This document shows, in pieces, positions 9,351-19,508 of a stretch of DNA of 64,000 bases. Source of the DNA: an uncultured Nitrospira sp. GTDB lineage: Bacteria; Nitrospirota; Nitrospiria; Nitrospirales; Nitrospiraceae. Both the position numbers and the translations under genes were made by a program. Under the pieces are notes generated by a model. It was not told where the DNA came from. It saw only the letters and a program-made list of their open reading frames with translations, and searched no databases. The first letter of the stretch is position 1; every line of letters starts with the position of its first letter. The DNA is taken from positions 580-64,579 of the forward strand of contig CAYULI010000012.1 of the NCBI GenBank assembly GCA_964445795.1. Direction: 5' to 3'.

Positions 9351-10127
9351 ATGAATGACCTGTTCTCTCTCCGAAGCATCCTAATGTGCCTCTTCGCGCT
9401 CTGTTTGGCGTTCGCTCACGGCTCGCCGACCGTGCAGGCCCAGCCTGCCGGTGAGCAGCACAGAAGCGGGCATGGAGCGGCAGAATTGAGCCACCAACAT
9501 TACGGCGGAGGGGCGACCCATGATACGTGGGAAGGGTCGGCCGCCGGTATCGCCTATTCCGAAACCAACCATCATCTCGCCGGACTGATGGTCTTGCTGA
9601 TGGGCCTCGCCGAAGCGAGCCATGCGATGCGATTGCCCTCCATGACCTGGGCCCGGCTGTTGTTGCCCTCGGCCATGTTGGCCGTGGGAGTCTTCCTCAC
9701 GATTTGGAGCGACCACGAAGCCTGGCCAGTCGGCAGACTCAGCTTTGCCGAGACCTTTTGGGGGCAGGATCAGGAAATCATCCAACACAAGACCTATGGT
9801 CTCCTGGCCTTGGCGGTCGGGAGTGTGGAGCTGTTCCGCCGGCTGGACCGCATGAGACATAGGGCATGGACCATGCCGCTCCCGCTCATGGCGATCGTCG
9901 GAGGGCTCATGCTGTTCGGGCATTCTCACGGCGCTCACCCTTCGGCTTACAAGATCGCGTTGCACCATGCCGTGATGGGGACGATGGCCGTGACAGCCGG
10001 TTCCTCCAAGCTGATATCGAGTTGGATCCATCGAGGCGCGGCGTCGGTCCCCTCTAAATGGGAATGGCTGTGGGCCGGTTTGATCGTGCTGATCGCCATG
10101 CAACTGCTCATGTATTCCGAGCGCTGA
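9351..10127 (+). CDS. His-rich integral membrane protein with signal peptide, function unknown
   Basis: Signal-like N-terminus, about 5 hydrophobic segments, and clustered His residues (HRSGHG, SHQHYGG, NHH, HSHGAHP, HHAVMG). Confidence 0.6.
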   Translation: MNDLFSLRSILMCLFALCLAFAHGSPTVQAQPAGEQHRSGHGAAELSHQHYGGGATHDTWEGSAAGIAYSETNHHLAGLMVLLMGLAEASHAMRLPSMTWARLLLPSAMLAVGVFLTIWSDHEAWPVGRLSFAETFWGQDQEIIQHKTYGLLALAVGSVELFRRLDRMRHRAWTMPLPLMAIVGGLMLFGHSHGAHPSAYKIALHHAVMGTMAVTAGSSKLISSWIHRGAASVPSKWEWLWAGLIVLIAMQLLMYSER

Positions 10128-10255
10128 CCGGACCCCTCGCGGCCCCGCAATTGACACCTTTCCGAGCCCTGTGCTACGAGTACCAGATTGAAACAAGCCG
10201 ATTCATTCTCGGTGAGGCCGGTGCTGTGCACGACACCGGCCGAACGGAGCGATCG

Positions 10256-11014
10256 ATGGGCGGACACAGCCACTGGGCGACGATCAAACGACACAAATCC
10301 GCCCAGGATGCCAAGCGTGGCAAGATCTTCACGCGTCTCATCCGGGAGCTCACAATTGCGGCCCGGTCTGGCGGTGACCCGGACGGTAACCCGCGACTAC
10401 GTTTGGCTATCGCCAAAGCCAAGGACGCCAACATGCCGGGCGACACGATCAAGAAGGCAATCCAGCGCGGCACAGGCGAATTGCCAGGCGTGTCGTACGA
10501 AGAGTTCACCTTGGAAGGGTACGGGCCGGGAGGTACGGCTCTGTTGCTGGAGATTACCAGCGACAACCGGAATCGGACCGTGGCCGAAATTCGTAGCCTC
10601 CTTACGAAGCACAATGGAAACATGGCCGAAGCGGGGGCCGTCTCCTGGCAATTCCACAAGAAAGGCCTGATCACGATCGAGAAGGGGAAAGTCGAGGAGG
10701 ACACGCTGTTGTCGCTTGCGCTCGACGCGGGGGCCGAGGATGTCAAAGTCGGCGAGAAGCTTTACGAGGTAGTGACGGCCCTGCAGGATTTCGAAGCGGT
10801 GAAGAAGGTGCTCGTCGATGCCAAGATTGAGCCGACCCTGGCCGAAATCACCTTTATCCCTCAGAACACCGTTCATCTGGACGAAAAACCCGCCGAGCAA
10901 ATGCTCAAACTGATGGAAGCCCTGGACGAGCACGACGACGTCCAAAAGGTTCATGCAAACTTCGACATCTCTGAGGAAGTCATGGAAAAGGTGGCGGCTG
11001 CGGCGGCGGGGTGA
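10256..11014 (+). CDS. yebC: YebC/PmpR-family transcriptional regulator
   Basis: MGGHSHWATIKRHKSAQDAKRGKIFTRL is the canonical YebC N-terminus. ATG at 10256. Confidence 0.9.
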   Translation: MGGHSHWATIKRHKSAQDAKRGKIFTRLIRELTIAARSGGDPDGNPRLRLAIAKAKDANMPGDTIKKAIQRGTGELPGVSYEEFTLEGYGPGGTALLLEITSDNRNRTVAEIRSLLTKHNGNMAEAGAVSWQFHKKGLITIEKGKVEEDTLLSLALDAGAEDVKVGEKLYEVVTALQDFEAVKKVLVDAKIEPTLAEITFIPQNTVHLDEKPAEQMLKLMEALDEHDDVQKVHANFDISEEVMEKVAAAAAG

Positions 11015-11064
11015 AGGTCGCTCGGCTCGGGGTCCGTTCGCCCACCTCTAGGTAACAGGATGAA

Positions 11065-11673
11065 ATGATCGCCTTTCTGACGGGGCGGTTGGCCGCCAAA
11101 ACCCCGACGCATGTGACACTGGATGTACAGGGTGTTGGGTACGAGGTGTTCATTCCTCTCAGCACCTATTACGCCCTTCCGAATCTCGACGAAGTCACCG
11201 CGCTCAACATTCATACCCACCTTCGGGAAGATGCCATCCAACTGTTCGGGTTTCTCTCACAGGCAGAAAAGGACATGTTTCTGCTCCTCACGACGGTGTC
11301 TGGCATCGGTCCCAAGCTGGCCCTCAGTGTCCTTTCCACCCTGCCGGTCCCGGACCTCGTCTCGGCGATTCAAACGGAAAACGTGGATAAGCTCGCGACA
11401 GTGCCGGGCATCGGTAAAAAAACCGCGGGCCGCATCGCACTCGAACTGAAAGACAAGGTCGGGACAATTCAATCTGGGTCGGGTCCCGCGGCGATCTCCG
11501 AGCACCGAGAAGCCGATGGGCCGTTCGAGGACGCACTGTCGGCACTAGTGAACCTGGGTTATCGATCCCAGGATGCCAGAGAGGCCCTGAAACGGGTGAC
11601 GAAAACGACGGCCAGCCCGTTCGTCCTCAAAGATCTCATCCGGGAAGGGCTCAAGGAATTGGCAAAGGGGTGA
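11065..11673 (+). CDS. ruvA: Holliday junction DNA helicase subunit RuvA
   Basis: MIAFLTGRL...VGYEV OB-fold start and HhH motifs (VSGIGPKLA, VPGIGKKTA). Confidence 0.9.
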   Translation: MIAFLTGRLAAKTPTHVTLDVQGVGYEVFIPLSTYYALPNLDEVTALNIHTHLREDAIQLFGFLSQAEKDMFLLLTTVSGIGPKLALSVLSTLPVPDLVSAIQTENVDKLATVPGIGKKTAGRIALELKDKVGTIQSGSGPAAISEHREADGPFEDALSALVNLGYRSQDAREALKRVTKTTASPFVLKDLIREGLKELAKG

Positions 11674-11675
11674 GC

Positions 11676-12164
11676 ATGGCCTGTCGAGCCACTGGAGCAA
11701 CAGTCGGCCTTTCCATCATCTCATGGGCGGCCGTGTTGGCCCTCGCGAGTTTCCCGCTCGGAACTATGGCGGAAGAGCCGAGCGAGCCGAAGAGCATTCG
11801 CATGATGTGCGGAGCCTGCCCGGACGGCTATGTGACGACCGGCGTCACGCAGTCCCCACAAGTGTGCAAGGACGGTGATCCGACGTTGGTTCAATGTGTG
11901 CCGATCGGCCCCAACCTGCTGCCGGTCTGCGGATCTTGTCCCGACGGGTACAACGAAGTCGGAAGCTCGTCGGTGCCCAGTCGGTGCGGAAGCAAGGACG
12001 GAGGAAGACTGACCCAGTGCCAGTTGCTGAAGATGGAACAGAACCTGCCCGACCCGACCCAGGGTCTAAAAAAATGTCCGCCGGACTGTGGGGCGACCGG
12101 CACGCCGGGGCATGGGGCGCTCCCTCCTCCTCCCAAGTATCAACCGACACCCGAAAGCAAGTAG
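11676..12164 (+). CDS. Secreted Cys-rich protein with duplicated CGxCPDGY module, function unknown
   Basis: Signal peptide ([18 protein letters not shown]). Two repeats CG[AS]CPDGY...C.DG...L.QC. Pro-rich tail. A GTG at 11670 overlaps the ruvA stop by 4 nt; the preferred ATG at 11676 is 2 nt downstream of it. Confidence 0.5.
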   Translation: MACRATGATVGLSIISWAAVLALASFPLGTMAEEPSEPKSIRMMCGACPDGYVTTGVTQSPQVCKDGDPTLVQCVPIGPNLLPVCGSCPDGYNEVGSSSVPSRCGSKDGGRLTQCQLLKMEQNLPDPTQGLKKCPPDCGATGTPGHGALPPPPKYQPTPESK

Positions 12165-12183
12165 TGAGGAGCAACGCTCAGTC

Positions 12184-13188
12184 ATGACCGACCGGCTCGT
12201 AACCAACCGCGCCACGGATGAGGAGCGCAGCATGGAAGCCATGCTCCGTCCTCAGGCGCTCGGCGAGTATGTCGGCCAGGAGAAAATGAAGGAGTCTCTT
12301 CGGATCTGCATCGAAGCAGCGAAGCAGCGGGGAGAAGCCCTCGACCACGCGATTTTCTACGGCCCGCCCGGGCTCGGCAAAACCACGATCGCTCACATCA
12401 TCGCCCGGGAAATGGGGGCGGCGCTACGGTCCACATCCGGTCTTGTCCTCACCCATGCGGGGGACTTGGCGGCCATTCTGACGAATCTCCAGGAGCACGA
12501 CGTGTTGTTCATCGACGAGATTCATCGTCTGCCTGCGTCGGTCGAAGAAGCGCTCTATCCGGCGATGGAAGACTACCAGCTCGATCTGGTGATCGGGCAG
12601 GGACCTGCCACCAGAACGGTGAAGCTGGACCTGCCTCGATTCACGTTGATCGGCGCGACCACCAGGGCTGGCGCGTTGACATCGCCGCTCCGTGACCGGT
12701 TCGGGTTGGTGTACAGACTTGAATTCTATTCGCCGGCCGAGCTGGAAGCGATCGTGACGCGATCGGCGGGCGTGCTCGGGATCGGCGTCGACCGGGCCGG
12801 AGCCGCCGAGATCGCAAGGCGCGCGCGAGGCACACCCCGGATCGTCAACCGGCTGATCAAGCGGATCAGAGATTACGCCCAGATCAAGGCGGACGGGCAC
12901 ATCACCCAGCGGGTGGCGCAGGAAGCCCTGGCCTGGTTGGGGATCGACGAGGCAGGATTTGACGAGATGGACCGGAGAATTCTGTTGACCATCATCGAAA
13001 AGTTCAATGGGGGACCGGTCGGTATCGAGTCCCTTGCGGCGGCGGTCCAGGAAGACAAGGGCACCCTCGAAGATGTGTACGAGCCCTATTTCATTCAGGC
13101 CGGTTTTCTCGACCGGACCGGCCGCGGCCGGCAGGTGACGAGGCTGGCATTCGACCACTTCAAACGGCCGTCGCCCTCTCTCATCTAG
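12184..13188 (+). CDS. ruvB: Holliday junction DNA helicase RuvB
   Basis: AAA+ Walker [10 protein letters not shown], Walker B LFIDEIH, and RuvB-typical [12 protein letters not shown]. Confidence 0.95.
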   Translation: MTDRLVTNRATDEERSMEAMLRPQALGEYVGQEKMKESLRICIEAAKQRGEALDHAIFYGPPGLGKTTIAHIIAREMGAALRSTSGLVLTHAGDLAAILTNLQEHDVLFIDEIHRLPASVEEALYPAMEDYQLDLVIGQGPATRTVKLDLPRFTLIGATTRAGALTSPLRDRFGLVYRLEFYSPAELEAIVTRSAGVLGIGVDRAGAAEIARRARGTPRIVNRLIKRIRDYAQIKADGHITQRVAQEALAWLGIDEAGFDEMDRRILLTIIEKFNGGPVGIESLAAAVQEDKGTLEDVYEPYFIQAGFLDRTGRGRQVTRLAFDHFKRPSPSLI

Positions 13189-13377
13189 ACCATCACTAGA
13201 GCGTCAACAGCAACCAGGGCCGGTCCGCGCTCCGCTTCGATAAGGTCCTGAAACCTCAGCACTATCCTTGCAATACATTCTATCCTTCCTGTAACATTGA
13301 CAACTTGGCCCAAGCGTGTTCCTGGCCTTTCTGGGGGAGCCGGACAGATCTTCCAACTCGGAGTCCGGGATCGACTC

Positions 13378-14457
13378 GTGACGCCCAAAGATTTGGCTGA
13401 ATATCGTAAGGAAATCGACCGGATCGACGACGAAATCATTCGTCTGTTGAACGAGCGTTCGAAAAATGTCATCGAGATCGGCCGCCTCAAAAAGGAAAAA
13501 GACGCAGAAGCCAATCTCCATACGCCGGCCCGGGAAGCGGCCATCATTGAGCGGCTGACCAAACAGAACCCAGGCCCTTTCCCCAGCGACGCGATCCGGT
13601 CGGTATATCGGGAGATCATGTCGGCGTCCCTTTCCCTCGAAGGTCCCCAGAAGGTGGCATACCTCGGACCGCGAGCCACCTTTACCCATATGGCCTGCAT
13701 GCAAAAATTCGGCTCTTCCGCCCACTACGTGCCTGTGAACAGCATCAAGGATGTGTTCAGCGAGGTCGAGCGGAGCCGTGCGAACTTCGGAGTCGTGCCG
13801 ATCGAGAACACCACTGAGGGGGTGGTGAACCATACGCTCGACATGTTCATCGATTCGAATCTGTTGATCTACGGAGAAATTCTGCAGGAGGTCTCCCACC
13901 ATCTCCTGTCGAAGTCCGGACTGATGGGAGACGTGAAGAAAATCTACTCCCATCCGCACGCTATTGCGCAATGCCGGAACTGGCTGGAAACCAACCTCCC
14001 GCATGTGCCCGTCGCCGAAGTGACCAGCACCGCGCGAGCGGCGGAAATCTGCCTGGATGAACCGGATGCGGCCGCTATCGCATCGGAGTTGGCCGGACAG
14101 TTATACGGGCTGAAAGTCATCAAGGCGCGCATCGAGGACAACCTGAACAATGTTACCCGCTTTCTCGTGCTCTCGCAGAAGGCGCCGGAACGAACCGGGA
14201 AGGACAAGACGTCGCTGATGCTGTCGGTGAAGGACAAAGTCGGCGCGCTCTACGACCTGCTCCGCCCCTTCGCCTCACACGGCCTCAATATGACAAAAAT
14301 CGAATCCCGCCCGTCTCGCCGGAAAGCCTGGGAATACATTTTCTTCGTCGACATCGAAGGACATATCGAAGAGGATCGTGTCAATAAGGCGGTGGAGGAA
14401 ATTAAGGGACGCTGTCTGTTCATGAAAATCCTCGGGTCGTATCCAGCGCACAGATGA
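13378..14457 (+). CDS. pheA: Bifunctional chorismate mutase / prephenate dehydratase
   Basis: CM domain (LAEYRKEIDRIDDEIIRLLNERS), PDT domain (VAYLGPRATFTH, IENT.EG) and a C-terminal ACT domain (ESRP). The ORF opens with TTG at 13297. GTG 13378 preferred but uncertain. Confidence 0.85.
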   Translation: MTPKDLAEYRKEIDRIDDEIIRLLNERSKNVIEIGRLKKEKDAEANLHTPAREAAIIERLTKQNPGPFPSDAIRSVYREIMSASLSLEGPQKVAYLGPRATFTHMACMQKFGSSAHYVPVNSIKDVFSEVERSRANFGVVPIENTTEGVVNHTLDMFIDSNLLIYGEILQEVSHHLLSKSGLMGDVKKIYSHPHAIAQCRNWLETNLPHVPVAEVTSTARAAEICLDEPDAAAIASELAGQLYGLKVIKARIEDNLNNVTRFLVLSQKAPERTGKDKTSLMLSVKDKVGALYDLLRPFASHGLNMTKIESRPSRRKAWEYIFFVDIEGHIEEDRVNKAVEEIKGRCLFMKILGSYPAHR

Positions 14458-14461
14458 ATCC

Positions 14462-15538
14462 ATGACGTTGCACGTGCATCCAGATATCCAGTCCCTCAGC
14501 CCCTACGTGCCCGGCAAGCCGGTCGAGGAGCTGCAGCGCGAGCTGGGACTCGCCCGGGTGATCAAGCTCGCCTCCAATGAGAATCCGCTAGGCCCTTCGC
14601 CAAAGGCGGTGGCGGCGCTGGTCGGGGCCGGTGACATGTTGCACCGGTATCCGGACGGCGGGGCCTATCGGCTCCGGCAGGCCATTGCTGACCGGTGGAA
14701 GGTGACCGGCGACCACGTCATCCTGGGCAACGGGTCCGACGAAATTCTGGGTCTCCTGGCCAGGACGTTTCTCGCCCCCGGCGATGAGGCGGTGATGGCG
14801 GATCAGACCTTCGTTATCTATAAGATGGAGGTCACCGCCGCGCATGGAAAACCGGTGATCGTCCCGCTGCGCGATTGGACGTACGATCTCGACGCCATGG
14901 TCAAGGCGGTCACTCCGCGGACCAGACTGCTCTTTATCTGCAACCCCAACAATCCGACCGGTACGATGGTGCCGGCTGAAGCCGTCGACCGGCTCATGGC
15001 GCGGGTTCCGGAGGACGTTGTCGTCGTCTTCGACGAAGCCTATTATGAATACGTCCGCGACCCCCGTTTCCCAGACGCGATGGCCTATGTGAAGCGGGAG
15101 CGCAACGCCGTCGTCCTGAGGACCTTCTCGAAGATCTACGGGTTGGCCGGATTGCGGATCGGCTATGGCGTGACGACTCCGGAGATCACCAACTTTCTCA
15201 ATCGGGTCAGGCCGCCGTTCAACGCGAACAGCCTGGCGCAGCGCGCGGCGCTGGCGGCGCTGGGAGACGACGAGCATGTGGCACGCAGCCGGGCGGTGAA
15301 CGAAGCCGGATTGGAGCAGGTGGGAAACGGCCTGCGGGCCTTGGGGTTTACGCCGGTTCCGAGCGAGGCGAATTTCATCTACTTCGACGCGAAGCAGGAC
15401 GGGCGGCGCGTGTTCGAAGCGTTGCTGCGAGAAGGCATCATCATTCGGCACATCGAGGGGACCATGTTGCGCGTCACCATCGGCCGGAGCGAAGAGAACG
15501 CCGCATTCCTGCAGGCGCTCAAGAAAGTCTTGGCATAA
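14462..15538 (+). CDS. hisC: Histidinol-phosphate / aromatic aminotransferase (class II)
   Basis: IKLASNENPLGPSP, FSKIYGLAGLRIGY (PLP lysine region), and placement inside the aromatic operon. Confidence 0.85.
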   Translation: MTLHVHPDIQSLSPYVPGKPVEELQRELGLARVIKLASNENPLGPSPKAVAALVGAGDMLHRYPDGGAYRLRQAIADRWKVTGDHVILGNGSDEILGLLARTFLAPGDEAVMADQTFVIYKMEVTAAHGKPVIVPLRDWTYDLDAMVKAVTPRTRLLFICNPNNPTGTMVPAEAVDRLMARVPEDVVVVFDEAYYEYVRDPRFPDAMAYVKRERNAVVLRTFSKIYGLAGLRIGYGVTTPEITNFLNRVRPPFNANSLAQRAALAALGDDEHVARSRAVNEAGLEQVGNGLRALGFTPVPSEANFIYFDAKQDGRRVFEALLREGIIIRHIEGTMLRVTIGRSEENAAFLQALKKVLA

Positions 15539-15563
15539 CGAAGCAGGGAACAGCGAGGGGGAC

Positions 15564-16577
15564 ATGATCATCGTCTTGAAACCTGAGGCGACAGAACGGG
15601 AAGTGGACCATATCATCGACCGCCTGCGCGAGCTGGGGCTGAAGTCGCAGATATCGACCGGGCAGGAGCGGACGATCATCGGTGTGATCGGCGATGACCG
15701 GATTCTCCAGAATCAGCCGCTGACGGCGCTCCCCGGCGTGGAAAGCGTGCTGCCGATCCTCGCTCCATGGAAACTCGTCAGTCGCGAGTTTAAGCGTGAA
15801 GGGACGATCATCGACGTTGGGGGCGTGAAAATTGGCGGGACAAAGTTGGCCATCATGGCCGGCCCCTGCGCCGTCGAGCGGCTCGAGCTCACGGTCGGCA
15901 TCGCGCACGAGGTGAAGGCAGCCGGCGCCTCGATTCTGCGCGGCGGCGCGTATAAGCCGAGAACCTCTCCGTATTCCTTCCAGGGGCTCGGCCGCGAGGG
16001 GTTGGATTATCTGCTCGAGGCGAAAAAACAGACGGGATTGCCCGTCGTCAGCGAGATTCTGGATACCCGCGACATCGAGTTGTTCCTGGAAAAGGCCGAC
16101 ATCATCCAGATCGGCGCACGGAACATGCAGAACTTCGAACTGCTGAAAGAAGTTGGCGCATACGATAAACCGGTGTTGCTCAAGCGAGGGCTGTCGGCGA
16201 CCATCAAGGAGTTTCTCCTGTCCGCGGAGTACATCATGTCGCGCGGGAACCGCAACGTGATGCTGTGCGAGCGGGGCATCCGTACATTCGAAACTCAGTA
16301 CCGCAACACCCTGGACCTGGCCGCCATTCCGACCCTCAAAGAGCTGTCCCATCTTCCGGTCATCGTCGATCCGAGCCATGCGACGGGCAAGTGGGCGCTC
16401 GTGGCTCCGATGTCGAAGGCGGCCGTGGCGGCCGGTGCCGACGGATTGTTGATCGAAGTCCATTCGAACCCGGAGTGCGCGCTCTGCGACGGGGAGGAGT
16501 CCATCAAACCGTCCAAGTTCAAGGAATTGATGCATGATCTTGGCAACATTGCCCGTGCCGTTGGACGGGAACTCTGA
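15564..16577 (+). CDS. aroF: 3-deoxy-7-phosphoheptulonate (DAHP) synthase, type I-beta with N-terminal regulatory domain
   Basis: Close resemblance to Thermotoga-type DAHPS: MIIVLKP..., GPCAVE, LRGGAYKPRTSPYSFQGLG, IQIGARN, DPSH. Confidence 0.9.
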   Translation: MIIVLKPEATEREVDHIIDRLRELGLKSQISTGQERTIIGVIGDDRILQNQPLTALPGVESVLPILAPWKLVSREFKREGTIIDVGGVKIGGTKLAIMAGPCAVERLELTVGIAHEVKAAGASILRGGAYKPRTSPYSFQGLGREGLDYLLEAKKQTGLPVVSEILDTRDIELFLEKADIIQIGARNMQNFELLKEVGAYDKPVLLKRGLSATIKEFLLSAEYIMSRGNRNVMLCERGIRTFETQYRNTLDLAAIPTLKELSHLPVIVDPSHATGKWALVAPMSKAAVAAGADGLLIEVHSNPECALCDGEESIKPSKFKELMHDLGNIARAVGREL

Positions 16578-16597
16578 CCGTCTTGCGTGAGACCGGT

Positions 16598-17482
16598 ATG
16601 ACCGTTCACTTCAAGAAGGTGGCGATCGTCGGGGTGGGGCTGATCGGCGGATCGCTCGGCATGATCCTCCGTCGAAAAGCGCTGGCGGATCAGGTGGTCG
16701 GCATCGGGCGGCGTGTGGAAAATCTCAACACGGCGGTCGAGTTGGGCGCGATCGACCGGTATGTGGCCGATCCTAGGGAAGGCGTGCGTGGGGCGGATCT
16801 CGTGATTCTCGCCACGCCGGTCGACACCTACGAGCGCCACCTCAAGGACTGGGCGCATTGTCTAGCGCCCGGGGCGATCGTGAGCGACGTTGGGAGTGTG
16901 AAGGGATCCCTGGTCGAACGGGCGGAATCAGCCATGCCGGCCGGCGTGTATTTCGTCGGCGCGCACCCAATCGCCGGGAAGGAAAAGACCGGGGTCGCGG
17001 CAGGCTCGGATCAATTGTTCAAGGGGGCGCGCTGCATCCTCACCCCGACAGAGCGGACCGACGGCCATGCGCTGGAGCTGGTCCGTCAGCTCTGGCAGGA
17101 GACCGGGTCCGTGGTGCTGGTGATGGACCCGCACCTGCACGACCGGATTCTTGGCGCGGTCAGCCACCTCCCCCATGTGGCGGCCTTCGCGCTGATGAAT
17201 GCGCTGGCGGATCTGCGCGATTGGCACTTGCCCACGCTCGACCTAGCCGGGCATTCCGGAGGCGGGCTCCGCGACACGACGCGGACCGCCGCCAGTTCGC
17301 CGGAGATGTGGCGCGACATCCTTCTCTGGAATCGCGACAACGTCGTGTCCTTTATCGAGCACTACGAACGGGCATTGGAAGAGTTGAAGCGACTGATCAA
17401 ATCGGGCGACGCGGCGGGAATCGAAAGGGCGCTCGAACGGGCCAAGGGCGAGCGCGAGAAACTCAACGTGCGCCCGGCGTAA
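16598..17482 (+). CDS. tyrA: Prephenate (or arogenate) dehydrogenase
   Basis: Rossmann VAIVGVGLIGGS, GAHPIAGKE and HDRILGAVSHLPH. ATG 16598 chosen over TTG 16583. Confidence 0.85.
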   Translation: MTVHFKKVAIVGVGLIGGSLGMILRRKALADQVVGIGRRVENLNTAVELGAIDRYVADPREGVRGADLVILATPVDTYERHLKDWAHCLAPGAIVSDVGSVKGSLVERAESAMPAGVYFVGAHPIAGKEKTGVAAGSDQLFKGARCILTPTERTDGHALELVRQLWQETGSVVLVMDPHLHDRILGAVSHLPHVAAFALMNALADLRDWHLPTLDLAGHSGGGLRDTTRTAASSPEMWRDILLWNRDNVVSFIEHYERALEELKRLIKSGDAAGIERALERAKGEREKLNVRPA

Positions 17483-17489
17483 ACGACCC

Positions 17490-18821
17490 ATGGCTTCCTT
17501 CACCACGACTCCAGGCCGCGCATTGACTGGGACCATCAACGTTCCCGGAGATAAATCCGTTACCCATCGCGCCATCATCCTCACCGCTCTCGCGGAGGGA
17601 ATCAGCGAGGTTTCGAGTTACTGCCGGGGCGAGGATTGTCTGAACACCATGCAGGCCTTTCGGGCGCTCGGGGTCCAGATCGACGACAGGCCCGAGCGGC
17701 TGACGGTTCATGGGAAGGGCTTGTGGGGATTGACCGAACCGAACAGGGTCGTCGATTGCGGAAATTCTGGCACCGGCATCCGGTTGCTAGCCGGTCTGCT
17801 GGCTGGCCAGGATTTCTTCACCGTGCTCACGGGAGACGAGTCGGTTCGCCGACGTCCGATGGGACGAGTGGTCAAACCGTTGCGGCAGATGGGCGCCGTA
17901 ATTGCCGGCCGAAAAGGTGGCGAGCTGGCTCCGCTGGCGGTCACGGGAACCAGGTTGCACGGTATCGATTACACCTCGCCGGTGGCGAGCGCGCAGATCA
18001 AGTCGGCACTCCTCTTAGCCGGTCTCTTTGCGGAAGGGACCACCCGCTTTACCGAGCCGCGGCTGTCGAGAGATCACACCGAGCGGATGTTCGGCTTCTT
18101 CGGCATTCCCCTTCGGCGGGAAGGGACGACGCTGGTGCTGCAAGGCCGGCCGTCGGTTGGGTGGAGCGGACGCCAGGTGGTGGTCCCCGGCGATTTCTCG
18201 GCTGCCGCCTTCTTTGTCGTCGGCGCTACGATCGTGCCGCACTCCGATATCACGATCCGGAACGTGGGCATCAACCCGACCAGAACCGGATTGCTCGCAG
18301 TGATGAAGGCCATGGGCGCCAACATCCAAGTTTTCAACCGACGCGAGGAAGCGGGGGAGCCGGTGGCCGACCTGCGCGTGGTCTCCGCGCCGCTGAAGGG
18401 CGTGACGATCGGCGCAGACTTGATTCCGCAGACCATCGACGAATTTCCAATCCTCTGCGTCGCGGCGGCCGTCGCATCGGGGGAAACGCTGATTACCGGG
18501 GCGGAGGAACTGCGTGTGAAGGAGAGCGATCGGATTGCCACCATGAGCGCCGAACTCCGGGCCATGGGGGCACAGATTAGCGAGCGGCCAGACGGGATGG
18601 TGATTCAGGGCCTGGGCACGGCCGGCGAACAGGGCCGCCTAAAGCCAGCCGCTGGGGCGCGCAGCCACGGCGACCATCGCGTGGCGATGTCGCTGGCCAT
18701 CGCGGGATTGACAGCAGCGGCGCCGATGACCATTGCCGATACGGACTGCGTCCAGACCTCGTTCCCCGAGTTCGAATCGACGCTCGATCAATTGTTGACG
18801 GGGCCTTCTCAGGGGCTATAA
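17490..18821 (+). CDS. aroA: 3-phosphoshikimate 1-carboxyvinyltransferase (EPSP synthase)
   Basis: PGDKSVTHRA, NSGTGIRLL and RVKESDRI motifs. Confidence 0.95.
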   Translation: MASFTTTPGRALTGTINVPGDKSVTHRAIILTALAEGISEVSSYCRGEDCLNTMQAFRALGVQIDDRPERLTVHGKGLWGLTEPNRVVDCGNSGTGIRLLAGLLAGQDFFTVLTGDESVRRRPMGRVVKPLRQMGAVIAGRKGGELAPLAVTGTRLHGIDYTSPVASAQIKSALLLAGLFAEGTTRFTEPRLSRDHTERMFGFFGIPLRREGTTLVLQGRPSVGWSGRQVVVPGDFSAAAFFVVGATIVPHSDITIRNVGINPTRTGLLAVMKAMGANIQVFNRREEAGEPVADLRVVSAPLKGVTIGADLIPQTIDEFPILCVAAAVASGETLITGAEELRVKESDRIATMSAELRAMGAQISERPDGMVIQGLGTAGEQGRLKPAAGARSHGDHRVAMSLAIAGLTAAAPMTIADTDCVQTSFPEFESTLDQLLTGPSQGL

Positions 18822-18848
18822 TACGGCCTCTTTTGGTGCAAGACAGGA

Positions 18849-19508
18849 ATGATTATCGCGATCGACGGTCCGGCGGGGGTGGGAAAGAGCACAGTGGCCA
18901 AGTTGTTAGCAACCCGGCTCGGCTATCTCTACCTCGACACGGGGGCGCTCTATCGCGCGGTAGCCTGGAAGGTTCTGCATGCTCATGTGACGCCGACGGA
19001 CCATGATGCGGTGGCACGGCTCCTGTCGACGACGTCGATCCACATGCAGTTTCAGAACGGCGCCATGCAAGTCTTGGTCGACGGACGAGATGTGACCGGT
19101 GAACTCCGCACACCGGACGTGACGGCCGCCGCTTCCGTTGTGTCGGCCATCCCGGCGGTGCGTGAATGGCTTCTGCCCGTCCAACGCCAGATCGGGCAAC
19201 GGGGATCGGTCGTGGCGGAAGGGCGCGATATCGGCACGAAAGTTTTTCCGGGCGCAGAGGTGAAATTTTTTCTGGATGCTGATGCGTCGGTCCGGGCGGA
19301 CCGCCGCCACCGGGAACTCGTGGCGGCGGGGCATGCGGGCTCGGCGGAAAAGACGTACCAGGATCTGTCCGGACGGGATAGCCAGGACCGGAATCGGGCG
19401 GTGGCGCCGCTGGTGCCGGCCCCCGACGCCCAGCACATCGACACGTCCGCTCTTACGATCGAGGAAGTAGTGGCCCGGATGATGGCAGCGGTGTCGGCCG
19501 CATCGTGA
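18849..19508 (+). CDS. cmk: Cytidylate kinase
   Basis: IIAIDGPAGVGKST, LDTGALYRA and EGRDIGT. Confidence 0.9.
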   Translation: MIIAIDGPAGVGKSTVAKLLATRLGYLYLDTGALYRAVAWKVLHAHVTPTDHDAVARLLSTTSIHMQFQNGAMQVLVDGRDVTGELRTPDVTAAASVVSAIPAVREWLLPVQRQIGQRGSVVAEGRDIGTKVFPGAEVKFFLDADASVRADRRHRELVAAGHAGSAEKTYQDLSGRDSQDRNRAVAPLVPAPDAQHIDTSALTIEEVVARMMAAVSAAS

